Of a DNA stretch of 45,642 bases, positions 8,215 through 16,156 are shown piece after piece. The notes under the pieces are model-generated. The model was given only the letters and a program-made list of their open reading frames with translations, was not told the DNA's origin and searched no databases. Source of the DNA: a virus; the IMG/VR virus record IMGVR_UViG_3300045391_001310, positions 1-45,642 of that record; one strand, written 5' to 3'. Positions within the stretch are counted from its first letter, which is position 1; each line of letters opens with the position of its first letter. A program made the position numbers and the translations under genes.

Positions 8215-11200
8215 TGAAAAAATTTATTCTTTCCATTTACTTTATCTTAATTTCGACTTTATCTTTTGCTCAAGGATCTGGTCTTGGGACAATGGCAGTT
8301 GATAAAGCTTCTAAGATTAAGACAGATACATCTTCTTTTAATCATAATCTTTCTTCCTCAGATAATACGGTTCAAAAAGCTTTAGATACATTAGATAACA
8401 TGACTACAACAGGTGGTAGTGGAGCTTCTGCTATTACTGGTTTGACTGATGTTTCGACGGATTATACAAATACAAAAATATTAATAGCTGATGGAGATAA
8501 TTTTAATGGAGTCATACCTTCTGGTGATATAACAATTACTTCGACAGGAGTTACAGATATTGGAACATCAAAAGTTGGGAGTACGGAATTAATCTCAACC
8601 GCAGTAACGGCTGGGTCTTATACAACAGCAGATATTACTGTTGATTCTGACGGTAGAATTACATCGGCAGCTAATGGAGCAGCAGCAGGGTCTTCAACTG
8701 GCGGTTGGCAAGAAGAATATCCTATTGTTCATTTAATTAATGCTGGAGATAATGTTGGAATTGGCACAAGTACACCTGCACAACAATTAGAAATAACTAA
8801 AAATTTCAGACTTCCAGCTTCTACTTCAACTGTAGGTAATATTTATAAAGGTACATCATTATTTTTGAGTAATTTTGGTACAAATAATACATTTTTGGGA
8901 GTTGGGGCAGGCAATTTAACAGTCTCTGGGATAGCTAATATAAATATTGGTGATGGGGCTGGCGCTGCATTAACAAGTGGTGGGGATAATATATGTATCG
9001 GAACAGGTTCAAGTTTCCCAGCTTGTAATACGATGACTGATGGTGCTCAGAATACTTGTATTGGTGGTGGAGCGTGTAGTAGAAAAACATCCCAAACAAG
9101 TGATACTTGCGTTGGTCAAACAGCGTGTTCAAATAGCAATATAAATGATGGTGTTATCATCGGAAGAAATGCTCAAGTTGGGGTATCTACTCAAAGCAAT
9201 GGTAGTATTGTTATCGGAAGTGGTAGTGCTTCGGCTACAGGTACTGGGGCAATGTGTATTGGATATGGGTGTGTGGCAACAGCAGCCCATCAGGGATTGA
9301 TTGGAGCTGCTAATTCAACTGGAGTTATAACTGATTTGTATTTAGGAAATGGTGTAACCAATACAACGCCATCTTCTATCGTAGTTAATGCTTCTGGAGG
9401 TAGTGGTTCAAATGACAATGGGGCAAATTTATCAATAGCTGCAGGAAAAGCTACAGGAAATGCTATTGGTGGGTCAATAAATTTTCAAACATCAAATAAA
9501 GGTTCAAGTGGTTCAACTTTACAATCTTTAACTACAAAATTAAGCATTGCTCCTGATGGGCCAATTCAAGCAGCTTCTTCATTTACAGCTGCAGGGTATA
9601 TTACTTCTACAGCTAATGGATTTGTATTCCCAGACGCAACAATTCAAACTACAGCAGCTTCTTCAAGTCTTACAGGAATTACTGATGTAACAAATGCCAA
9701 TATTTTAGTTGCTAATGGAGTAAAGTTTCAATCAGTTGCTTTTGGTGGAGATGTAACAATAACAACGGCTGGTGCAACAAACGTCGGGAAAATTAATGGT
9801 GTTGCTTATAATGGAGATCCACTTACTCAATATGCTTTACTTGCTGGACGATCTGGTGGTCAAACAATTAATGGTGGTTTGACTGGAACAGACACATTAA
9901 CCCTTCAAGCCAATGCTGATTCTGCACCAAGAACAACAAGAATATCTACAGATATGTTAAGTGTATTTAATGGCACTTATACCTATCCAAGTGGTTCAGC
10001 AAGTAGTTTTGCTTCAATACTTTCTTCTCCTATAATTACAGGGATCGACGTTGTAAACCCATCAATATCTTCAATAACTGTTCAACCATCTTTTACTTAT
10101 ACAGTTGCACAAAATTGGGGATTAAGCCCCAGAAGTGGTTTAAATTTCGCTCCAACAATAAATAGCAATTTATCATCTGGTGGCACAGATTCAATGATAT
10201 TCCAAGGTGTGAACGGACAACCTAATTTTAATGGTACTGTTGGGAATAGATTTATTTCAAATCTTTGGGGTGTTGGTGGTGATCCAAGAATATTGGGGAG
10301 TTTGGGTGGGGCTATAACAGCTATTGATTTCAGAGCCAGAGGAAGCACAACATCTGGAACTCAAGTTACTAATTTTACTGCTTTTTATAATGATGCAATT
10401 ATAGCCTCTGGTTCTAATGTTACTAACTATACAGGGATTAAAATTACACCTTCATTAGCTGCTAGTTCAGTCACAAATTTTACAGCGTTAGACATTGACT
10501 CACAAACAGCTCCTACAGGAACGAATATAGCCATAAAACAATCTGGTGGTTTTATGACCAATCAATTACAGGGAAAACTAAAGGTTGGAGCGGTTTCAAC
10601 ACCAACAGAATCTTTGGATGTGTCTGGAAATATATTAACAAATGGATCTTTATCTGCTACATCAATGACATCAACTGGATCATTAACATTTAGTGGTGTA
10701 ACTTCAGATATATTGACAGGAACAAATGAACATCTTGCTTTAATGCCCAATGGTACAGGAAATGTTGGAATAGGTACGACTACGCCAGATCAAAAATTAA
10801 AAGTTGTTGGAACCATAGAATCTACAACCGGAGGATTTAAATTTCCTAATCAACAAACAATGGCAGCCCCAACGCTTACTGGATTATCAGATGTTGGAAG
10901 TGCTGCTATTACTGCTGCTAATGTATTGGTTGCAGATGGAGCTAAATATCAATCTGTCTCAATGAGTGGTGATATTACTATGAGTTCAGCAGGTGATACT
11001 CAGATTGGAGCAGATAAAGTCGGTTCCCCAGAAATTGTCTCTGATTCGGTTGGGTCAAGCGAAATAAAAAGTTCTGGAGTAATTGCTGCGCAATATACAT
11101 CAGCAACAGTGACTGTTGATGCTGACGGAAGAGTAACTAATGCAATGGCTGGTAGCCTTACAGGATTAACGGATGTATCGATTGCTGCGACGACGGGTTA

Positions 11201-11534
11201 TACCGTTGGAAGTATTTTGGTTGCAGATAGTACAAAATTTGTCAGCAACAGAACGACGATGACGGTAAGAACAGATACGGGAAATGTTGGTATCGGGATA
11301 ACTGCTCCCGCACAAGCTTTAGATGTTTCTGGATCAATCCAATTTACTGGCAGTTTATTAGGAACAAATACTAATTCATTAGGATGGACTGTTCAATCAG
11401 CAACTAATCAAGCTTGTAATACAACTTGTACTTCTGCTTGTGTCATAGGAATGAATACTGGTGTAAACCCAAATGCATTTTTAGCATGTTCAGATACAAC
11501 AACGGATTCTTGTCTTTGTGCAGGATCATCATAA
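8214..11534 (+). CDS. Large tail fibre (1106 aa) with a signal-peptide-like N-terminus, YadA-head-like repeats, LTGLTDV modules and a Cys-rich C-terminal tip
   Basis: The ATG at 8214 makes a TAATG overlap; the track start at 8199 is a TTG. The N-terminus is MKKFILSIYFILISTLSFA|QG. It has NVGIGT(S/T)TP..L motifs three times and an N.(C)IG..A repeat block. ITGLTDV...GRITSA modules are shared with 40623..42464. It ends NQACNTTCTSACV...CSDTTTDSCLCAGSS. Confidence 0.8.
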   Translation: MKKFILSIYFILISTLSFAQGSGLGTMAVDKASKIKTDTSSFNHNLSSSDNTVQKALDTLDNMTTTGGSGASAITGLTDVSTDYTNTKILIADGDNFNGVIPSGDITITSTGVTDIGTSKVGSTELISTAVTAGSYTTADITVDSDGRITSAANGAAAGSSTGGWQEEYPIVHLINAGDNVGIGTSTPAQQLEITKNFRLPASTSTVGNIYKGTSLFLSNFGTNNTFLGVGAGNLTVSGIANINIGDGAGAALTSGGDNICIGTGSSFPACNTMTDGAQNTCIGGGACSRKTSQTSDTCVGQTACSNSNINDGVIIGRNAQVGVSTQSNGSIVIGSGSASATGTGAMCIGYGCVATAAHQGLIGAANSTGVITDLYLGNGVTNTTPSSIVVNASGGSGSNDNGANLSIAAGKATGNAIGGSINFQTSNKGSSGSTLQSLTTKLSIAPDGPIQAASSFTAAGYITSTANGFVFPDATIQTTAASSSLTGITDVTNANILVANGVKFQSVAFGGDVTITTAGATNVGKINGVAYNGDPLTQYALLAGRSGGQTINGGLTGTDTLTLQANADSAPRTTRISTDMLSVFNGTYTYPSGSASSFASILSSPIITGIDVVNPSISSITVQPSFTYTVAQNWGLSPRSGLNFAPTINSNLSSGGTDSMIFQGVNGQPNFNGTVGNRFISNLWGVGGDPRILGSLGGAITAIDFRARGSTTSGTQVTNFTAFYNDAIIASGSNVTNYTGIKITPSLAASSVTNFTALDIDSQTAPTGTNIAIKQSGGFMTNQLQGKLKVGAVSTPTESLDVSGNILTNGSLSATSMTSTGSLTFSGVTSDILTGTNEHLALMPNGTGNVGIGTTTPDQKLKVVGTIESTTGGFKFPNQQTMAAPTLTGLSDVGSAAITAANVLVADGAKYQSVSMSGDITMSSAGDTQIGADKVGSPEIVSDSVGSSEIKSSGVIAAQYTSATVTVDADGRVTNAMAGSLTGLTDVSIAATTGYTVGSILVADSTKFVSNRTTMTVRTDTGNVGIGITAPAQALDVSGSIQFTGSLLGTNTNSLGWTVQSATNQACNTTCTSACVIGMNTGVNPNAFLACSDTTTDSCLCAGSS

Positions 11535-11542
11535 GGAGAATT

Positions 11543-11950
11543 ATGAAAAAATTTTATTTATTAATAACCATTTTGTTGACCTCAACAATATGCTATTCAG
11601 ATGAACAACCAACAGTGGTTGATACTTCAATAACAAAATATTCTGATACAGAAATACAAATCACAAAAACTTGGTCAACGACAACAAAACACATTTCTTT
11701 AAAATCTCTATATACAACAAAAGACGTTTATGAAAAACAAATAGTTGATTTACAAAATAAAATAAATGAAACACAAAACAATATTCTCGCATTTTCTGGT
11801 CTTGAAGCATTTAAAGAAGATGAACAGAAATCAAAAGATGACCAGGATATTTATATAAAACAAATAGCACAAATACAAAAACAAAAAGATTCTTTGGATG
11901 AAATGATTAATAAAGCAATAGAAATTGGGGTTGTCCAGGGAGATTTATGA
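11543..11950 (+). CDS. Secreted coiled-coil protein (135 aa)
   Basis: An AAGGAG sits 5 nt upstream of the ATG at 11543, so the track N-extension from 11426 was rejected. The N-terminus is MKKFYLLITILLTSTICYS|DE, and the C-terminal half is K/E/Q-rich. Confidence 0.6.
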   Translation: MKKFYLLITILLTSTICYSDEQPTVVDTSITKYSDTEIQITKTWSTTTKHISLKSLYTTKDVYEKQIVDLQNKINETQNNILAFSGLEAFKEDEQKSKDDQDIYIKQIAQIQKQKDSLDEMINKAIEIGVVQGDL

Positions 11951-12240
11951 TATTTATATTAATTTTTTTATTAATTTGTTCAGATTGTTTTGCTTTTAAT
12001 TGTATAAGCACAGAAAATTATTATGAATGGAATAAACAAGAAAAAAGAATGGATAAAATAGAACGAAAAACTATTGCCAAGAATTTTTATAATTATAGAG
12101 AAGCAGAAAAGTTCGCAAAGATTAAAAACATCCCAATAGAAAATATAATGAAAGATAAAGATATAAAAATGTGGGTAGTTGTAGAAAATCCTTATGCAGA
12201 AGATTATGTTTGTGCTGGATACGAAGATACTAATTATTAA
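11947..12240 (+). CDS. Small protein with a hydrophobic, signal-like N-terminus
   Basis: ATGA overlap with the upstream gene. The N-terminus is MIFILIFLLICSDCFA|FN. Confidence 0.5.
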   Translation: MIFILIFLLICSDCFAFNCISTENYYEWNKQEKRMDKIERKTIAKNFYNYREAEKFAKIKNIPIENIMKDKDIKMWVVVENPYAEDYVCAGYEDTNY

Positions 12241-12254
12241 CAACATGGGAGGGT

Positions 12255-12524
12255 GTGGTGGAAGAATCACTTAAACAGCTTTGGACTTTATGTATTTGGT
12301 TTTTTGGAATTAGCACAACTGTAACTTTAGGACTTTTTGGATGGTTAATAAATATAACCTCTAAAATTAATGTTGGGGAGTCTATTATAAAAAACATGAA
12401 TACTTTAGTTAAAGATGTTGACGATATTAAGAATGCTTTAATCGGGGATTATGATAAAAAGGGTTTAGTAACAAGACATTACGAATTAGAAAAAAGAGTT
12501 GAAGAGTTAGAGATTAATAAATAA
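12255..12524 (+). CDS. Type-II-like membrane protein (N-terminal TM plus coiled coil); holin or i-spanin-like candidate
   Basis: GTG start. The TM segment is LWTLCIWFFGISTTVTLGLFGWLINI, followed by a charged helical tail. Confidence 0.4.
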   Translation: MVEESLKQLWTLCIWFFGISTTVTLGLFGWLINITSKINVGESIIKNMNTLVKDVDDIKNALIGDYDKKGLVTRHYELEKRVEELEINK

Positions 12525-12595
12525 AGGAAGTTACCTGGCGACTATTGGTTGCTATAAAGCTAAGTACGAGAATGTTATTTAGTGTAACTTCCTTT
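12523..12595 (+). repeat. Perfect 12-bp inverted repeat (AAAGGAAGTTAC / GTAACTTCCTTT) closing a 49-nt loop, followed by TTTTAAAA
   Basis: 12523-12534 pairs with 12584-12595. It lies in one of the few non-coding gaps of the late operon. Confidence 0.6.
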
Positions 12596-12601
12596 TAAAA
12601 T

Positions 12602-12745
12602 ATGAATAAATGTTCTAATTGTAATAGTTATTATGCAAGATTGGCCTCAATTTATAAAATATCTAATAAATTAGAGAGAAGAACTTATTATTGTCCGATT
12701 TGTCATAGCAGCTGGACTGAAGAAAAGGAGATAAAAAATGAATGA
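12602..12745 (+). CDS. Zinc-ribbon mini-protein (47 aa), not in the ORF track
   Basis: Sequence MNKCSNCNSYYARLASIYKISNKLERRTYYCPICHSSWTEEKEIKNE, with a CxxC...CxxC pattern. Its stop overlaps the next ATG. Confidence 0.5.
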   Translation: MNKCSNCNSYYARLASIYKISNKLERRTYYCPICHSSWTEEKEIKNE

Positions 12746-12962
12746 ATCAAGCATTTTTGGGATTAGCGCCAGGGCTTATATTGTATTTATTCTAATATCA
12801 ACATTTTGCGTTATGTCTTTTATGGCTAAACCATTAGATGAAACATTTAAGAATTTAATTATTATGTGCGTAAGTTTCTATTTTGGAAATAAAACAGCTA
12901 GTAACGGAGATTCTAAATATAACACAACAGAACAACCAAAAAAGGAGAGTACAAATGTCTAA
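12738..12962 (+). CDS. Holin-like small membrane protein (2 TM)
   Basis: An AAGGAG Shine-Dalgarno precedes it. It has two hydrophobic segments (AYIVFILISTFCVMSFM and LIIMCVSFYFG) and a polar C-terminal tail. Confidence 0.45.
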   Translation: MNESSIFGISARAYIVFILISTFCVMSFMAKPLDETFKNLIIMCVSFYFGNKTASNGDSKYNTTEQPKKESTNV

Positions 12963-13116
12963 GAAAAGAATTATTATTACAATAGTAGGTGGAGCTTTTA
13001 CTGGAGGATTAGCAGCTGCGTCTAGCTGTTTCCCAGGGAATATCGCTGTTACGGCTATTTTTGCCTCAGCTACAGGGCTTGTGGGTGCGCTAGTAGCGTA
13101 CTTCGGCGGAGAATAG
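12955..13116 (+). CDS. Small Gly/Ala-rich two-helix membrane protein (53 aa); holin/antiholin-like
   Basis: An AAGGAGAG Shine-Dalgarno sits upstream of the ATG at 12955. Sequence: MSKKRIIITIVGGAFTGGLAAASSCFPGNIAVTAIFASATGLVGALVAYFGGE. Confidence 0.5.
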   Translation: MSKKRIIITIVGGAFTGGLAAASSCFPGNIAVTAIFASATGLVGALVAYFGGE

Positions 13117-13119
13117 AAT

Positions 13120-13359
13120 ATGGGAATAATCGATGGATTACTTTCTGGATTTCTTGGGCCATTAGGTAAAAAAGCAGCACAGTGGCTTCCAAGTAAAGAG
13201 GGATTAATGAGGAGAAAAATAGCTGATTATGAAAAACAACTTAAAGAATTACAAGCTGGGAAGTGGGATGCTCATGCTAGTTTTGAGCATAATCGTATTA
13301 ACGAGCTCTTGCGCCAAGAAAGAGTCAATCTCGATACCTACCTCTCCACCAACAGTTGA
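13120..13359 (+). CDS. Coiled-coil protein; i-spanin-like candidate (weak N-terminal hydrophobic segment)
   Basis: It starts MGIIDGLLSGFLGPLG and then has a charged helical region (RRKIADYEKQLKELQ...). It contains an out-of-frame lipoprotein ORF. Confidence 0.35.
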   Translation: MGIIDGLLSGFLGPLGKKAAQWLPSKEGLMRRKIADYEKQLKELQAGKWDAHASFEHNRINELLRQERVNLDTYLSTNS

Positions 13360-13435
13360 GTGGGGTAAAAAAGGTGAAGTACCTAAAAGCGTAATATATA
13401 ATTATGATTGGATTTGTTATCAGAAAGTTCCTTAA
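13229..13435 (+). CDS. o-spanin-like lipoprotein, overlapped (+1 frame) with 13120..13359
   Basis: The sequence MKNNLKNYKLGSGMLMLVLSIIVLTSS|CAKKE has a charged n-region, a hydrophobic core and an S-S-C lipobox-like site. The mature part is short and Pro-containing. It fills what would otherwise be a 90-nt gap. An alternative start is at 13268. Confidence 0.5.
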   Translation: MKNNLKNYKLGSGMLMLVLSIIVLTSSCAKKESISIPTSPPTVEWGKKGEVPKSVIYNYDWICYQKVP

Positions 13436-13448
13436 TAAAGGAGTTTTA

Positions 13449-13595
13449 ATGAAGCATAATCCCAGAACTTGTCCCCAATGTTTAAAAGAAAAAGAAAGTA
13501 TAGAAAATTGTAGGATACAAAGATTAGAAGATAGATTGAGAAGCTTGGAGGAGTTGGTTCATGATCTTTATGACAAGGTAATGAATGAAGACTGA
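13449..13595 (+). CDS. Small CxxC coiled-coil protein (48 aa)
   Basis: An AAGGAG sits upstream of the ATG at 13449. Sequence: MKHNPRTCPQCLKEKE... Confidence 0.45.
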   Translation: MKHNPRTCPQCLKEKESIENCRIQRLEDRLRSLEELVHDLYDKVMNED

Positions 13596-14457
13596 CGGAA
13601 AATTCGATTATCGAGTTGTAGATATTCCAGCAAAATATAATAAAGATATTCATATTATATTTCTTGGAGATGAACATTTTAACAGTCCTAATTTCGCTTA
13701 TAAGAAATTTATGGCAGATATGGAGGATATATCGTTACTTGTAAAGCGAGAAGAAGTTTATTTTGTAAAAACAGGCGATACTTTTGAGGCTTTATCTACA
13801 AGTGAAAGACAACATTTTTCTTATGGATTCCATGAAAGCAATGAAACTCGCTGGGAGAAAGAATATGCTAAAGAGGTTGGAGATTTTGTTAAGCACGTTC
13901 CTTTTCTTAAAAATAAAACTCTAGCTGTTTATGGTGGGAACCACTTCTTTAAGTTCTATAACGGAACCACATCAGATATGGCGTTGGCTTCTGCATTAAG
14001 TGCTCCGTATATAGGCTGTTCTGGTTATATAATATTAAACTTAAAATTCGATAAGCACCATTCTCAAACAGTTAAGATAGTATGCCATCATGGAAGAAGC
14101 TCTGGTAGGCGTGCTGGCTCTACTTTTAACTCGTTAGAGGACATGGCTAGTTATTTTAAAGACGCTGATATTATCGTTAGTGGGCACGATCATAAAGCAG
14201 GAGCTATGCAGTTACCTTCTATAGAGTGTAGGTCTGGTAAAGGTGGGCATTATAAAATACAGGAAGTTAATAGAATTATTGGGCGATCTGGTTCTTATTT
14301 AAAATCTTATGAACCTGGAGTAGCTAGTTATGCTGTTGATGCAATGATGCGACCATCTACATTAGGGTATCTTCATGTTATAGTAACACCTCGTAGAAAG
14401 TGTTATTCTAATAAAGGTATAGATGATCGCTGGATACAATTAAAAGCAATGGTTTAG
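13585..14457 (+). CDS. Calcineurin-like metallophosphoesterase
   Basis: The ordered motifs are LGDEHF, TGDTFEA, GGNHFF, CHHG and SGHDHK, matching the DxH / GDxx / GNH / H / GHxH pattern. Confidence 0.8.
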   Translation: MKTDGKFDYRVVDIPAKYNKDIHIIFLGDEHFNSPNFAYKKFMADMEDISLLVKREEVYFVKTGDTFEALSTSERQHFSYGFHESNETRWEKEYAKEVGDFVKHVPFLKNKTLAVYGGNHFFKFYNGTTSDMALASALSAPYIGCSGYIILNLKFDKHHSQTVKIVCHHGRSSGRRAGSTFNSLEDMASYFKDADIIVSGHDHKAGAMQLPSIECRSGKGGHYKIQEVNRIIGRSGSYLKSYEPGVASYAVDAMMRPSTLGYLHVIVTPRRKCYSNKGIDDRWIQLKAMV

Positions 14458-14467
14458 AAAGGACGGT

Positions 14468-14953
14468 ATGGGAACAGAAAATATTTGGTTAGTGTGTCTA
14501 GGTGGTTTATCTTCATTCTTAGGATGTTGTTGTTACGCTATGGGTGGAACTCAAGGATTTGGATTGTTTTGGCGCAGGTTTATTGGTAGCTTTATTCTAG
14601 TTTTATCTTGTAATTTAATTGCTGTTTATTTACATACATGGTCTGACAAAATGTTATTAATGTATCCTTGTTTAGTTGGTGGTATGTGTTTAGGATATGG
14701 TGGAGAATTGTTATTTCAAAAGATATATAAAAGAACAATATTTGCTCTAGGTTGTTGTTTTACTGGGTTTATTGGAGCGTGGGCTACTGGATTTACAGGT
14801 GCAGGAATTGGTATTTGTATATTTCAATTAATTATTGGTATGGGGAGTGTTTATTTAGGCGTAAGAAATCCTTATAATAATGCAGTTGTAGAACAATTCA
14901 TCATATCTTTATTATTAACTTTTACAATTCCTTTCTGGGGGTTCATCGGTTAA
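14468..14953 (+). CDS. Polytopic (about 5 TM) Cys/Gly-rich membrane protein of unknown function
   Basis: It is hydrophobic throughout. It is the last gene of the rightward unit and converges with the leftward unit with a 4-nt overlap. Confidence 0.65.
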   Translation: MGTENIWLVCLGGLSSFLGCCCYAMGGTQGFGLFWRRFIGSFILVLSCNLIAVYLHTWSDKMLLMYPCLVGGMCLGYGGELLFQKIYKRTIFALGCCFTGFIGAWATGFTGAGIGICIFQLIIGMGSVYLGVRNPYNNAVVEQFIISLLLTFTIPFWGFIG

Positions 14954-15117
14954 ACCCTTCTTGCTCCTAATTCAAAACTATTAGATTCGTAAATAGAATC
15001 TATCTTATATTTATCTAATTTACATAAATAAGTTGAATACTGAGATATTAATTCTTGTATTCTATTCATTCTTTTTTCTTCAAGCAACTTTTCTTCATAT
15101 TCACGCATTGAACTCAT
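14950..15117 (-). CDS. Small hypothetical protein (55 aa)
   Basis: Hand translation gives MSSMREYEEKLLEEKRMNRIQELISQYSTYLCKLDKYKIDSIYESNSFELGARRV. It has an ATGA overlap with the upstream ORF. Confidence 0.4.
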   Translation of the reverse strand: MSSMREYEEKLLEEKRMNRIQELISQYSTYLCKLDKYKIDSIYESNSFELGARRV

Positions 15118-15257
15118 AATTTATGCCTCAATACTTGTGTTGCATTAGCCAATAATTTAATTGCATTATTACACTTATAAATTCCATCTTCTAAATTCCA
15201 AATTCTTGCTGTTAAAAATGATGCCCAGATTATAATTAGAACAATGATTATTTTCAT
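15114..15257 (-). CDS. Small single-TM protein (47 aa)
   Basis: Sequence MKIIIVLIIIWASFLTARIW... The ATG directly follows the stop of the acetyltransferase gene. Confidence 0.45.
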   Translation of the reverse strand: MKIIIVLIIIWASFLTARIWNLEDGIYKCNNAIKLLANATQVLRHKL

Positions 15258-15887
15258 TTATCTTCCCCTTATTATTTTCTTAGCTGGTATACCAACATAA
15301 ACACCTGGCTCTTTTATATCTCTAATAACAACTGAATTAGCTCCAATAGTTACATTGCTACAAATATTTATATTATTGATGATTGTACAAGAAGCCCCAA
15401 GAAAACAAAAGTTACCAATCTTAACCCTACCAGCCAAAGTGCTACCAATAGAGATATGGTTGTGATCTCCAATCCTAACATCATGCTCTATTATAGCCCC
15501 AGTATTTATAATGTTATTGTTCCCGATAACAGCTCCAGCATTAATGTAAGCAAAAGCAAATATTTGATTGCTTATACCTAATTTAACCCTCTCTTCCACA
15601 ATAGCATTAGAATGTACAACATTCCCATCCAATAGATTCTTTTTATATCTATCAAACAAATCCCCTCTTTTAACATTATCCCCAATACTTAAAAATATCT
15701 TTTTCTTTTTTAAATCATTTGGCAATAAACCAATAATTTTGTGTCCAAATATTGCTTCATTGGGCTTAATGGCTTTGTCATAAATTCCTTTAATAATAAA
15801 TAAATTATCTTCAAGTAAATTAATCACACTACTGGTATGACTTCCAGCCCCAACAAGATAAACTTCTTTAAAAAATGATTGTCTCAT
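15258..15887 (-). CDS. NeuD/PglD-family sugar N/O-acetyltransferase (left-handed beta-helix)
   Basis: The N-terminal Rossmann-like segment is VYLVGAGSHTSSVINLL..IIKGIYD. It is followed by hexapeptide repeats (INAGAVIGNNNIINTGAIIEHDVRIGDHNHISIGSTLAGRVKIGNFCFLGASCTI...). Confidence 0.85.
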   Translation of the reverse strand: MRQSFFKEVYLVGAGSHTSSVINLLEDNLFIIKGIYDKAIKPNEAIFGHKIIGLLPNDLKKKKIFLSIGDNVKRGDLFDRYKKNLLDGNVVHSNAIVEERVKLGISNQIFAFAYINAGAVIGNNNIINTGAIIEHDVRIGDHNHISIGSTLAGRVKIGNFCFLGASCTIINNINICSNVTIGANSVVIRDIKEPGVYVGIPAKKIIRGR

Positions 15888-16060
15888 CTCCCCCCCCTCT
15901 CCTTTTCAATGTACTCTACGATGGCTTTTGCAATAGAAGTAGCCTCTTCACTCCACAAGATATAACTTTTATCCCAATCTCCAACAGCCATATTTAATGG
16001 TCTTAAATCAATGGATTGTATTATTTTCTTTATCTCTTCTTCTCTCTTATCGGCGGTCAT
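15884..16060 (-). CDS. Small hypothetical protein (58 aa)
   Basis: Hand translation gives MTADKREEEIKKIIQSIDLRPLNMAVGDWDKSYILWSEEATSIAKAIVEYIEKERGGR. It has an ATGA overlap with the acetyltransferase start. Confidence 0.45.
   Translation of the reverse strand: MTADKREEEIKKIIQSIDLRPLNMAVGDWDKSYILWSEEATSIAKAIVEYIEKERGGR
15890..15897 (-). repeat. G8 homopolymer (C8 on the + strand) inside the Shine-Dalgarno region of the acetyltransferase gene
   Basis: The minus strand reads GGAGAGGGGGGGGAGATG. This is the longest G/C run I saw in this AT-rich genome. Confidence 0.9.
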
Positions 16061-16063
16061 TGG

Positions 16064-16156
16064 TTAGCATCCAAATTTAATAGAAAAACGATACATGGCT
16101 ATCATAATCCCCATAATAAGACCAATTAAAAATAATAACCAATAAATAAATTTCAT
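16064..16156 (-). CDS. Tiny hydrophobic peptide (30 aa)
   Basis: Sequence MKFIYWLLFLIGLIMGIMIAMYRFSIKFGC, preceded by AAAGGAATGAT. Confidence 0.35.
   Translation of the reverse strand: MKFIYWLLFLIGLIMGIMIAMYRFSIKFGC

Noticed and set aside
11426-11542. N-terminal extension of the 174-aa track ORF (MYFCLCHRNEYW...).
   Set aside because: It overlaps the end of the 1106-aa fibre gene. The ATG at 11543 has an AAGGAG Shine-Dalgarno and gives a clean signal peptide.
12526-12592. Possible tRNA: a 7-bp acceptor-like stem GGAAGTT/AACTTCC enclosing ~53 nt.
   Set aside because: I could not build a D-arm, an anticodon arm or a T-arm, there is no GTTCRA-type T-loop, and the total length is too short. 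I treat it as an inverted repeat or hairpin only.
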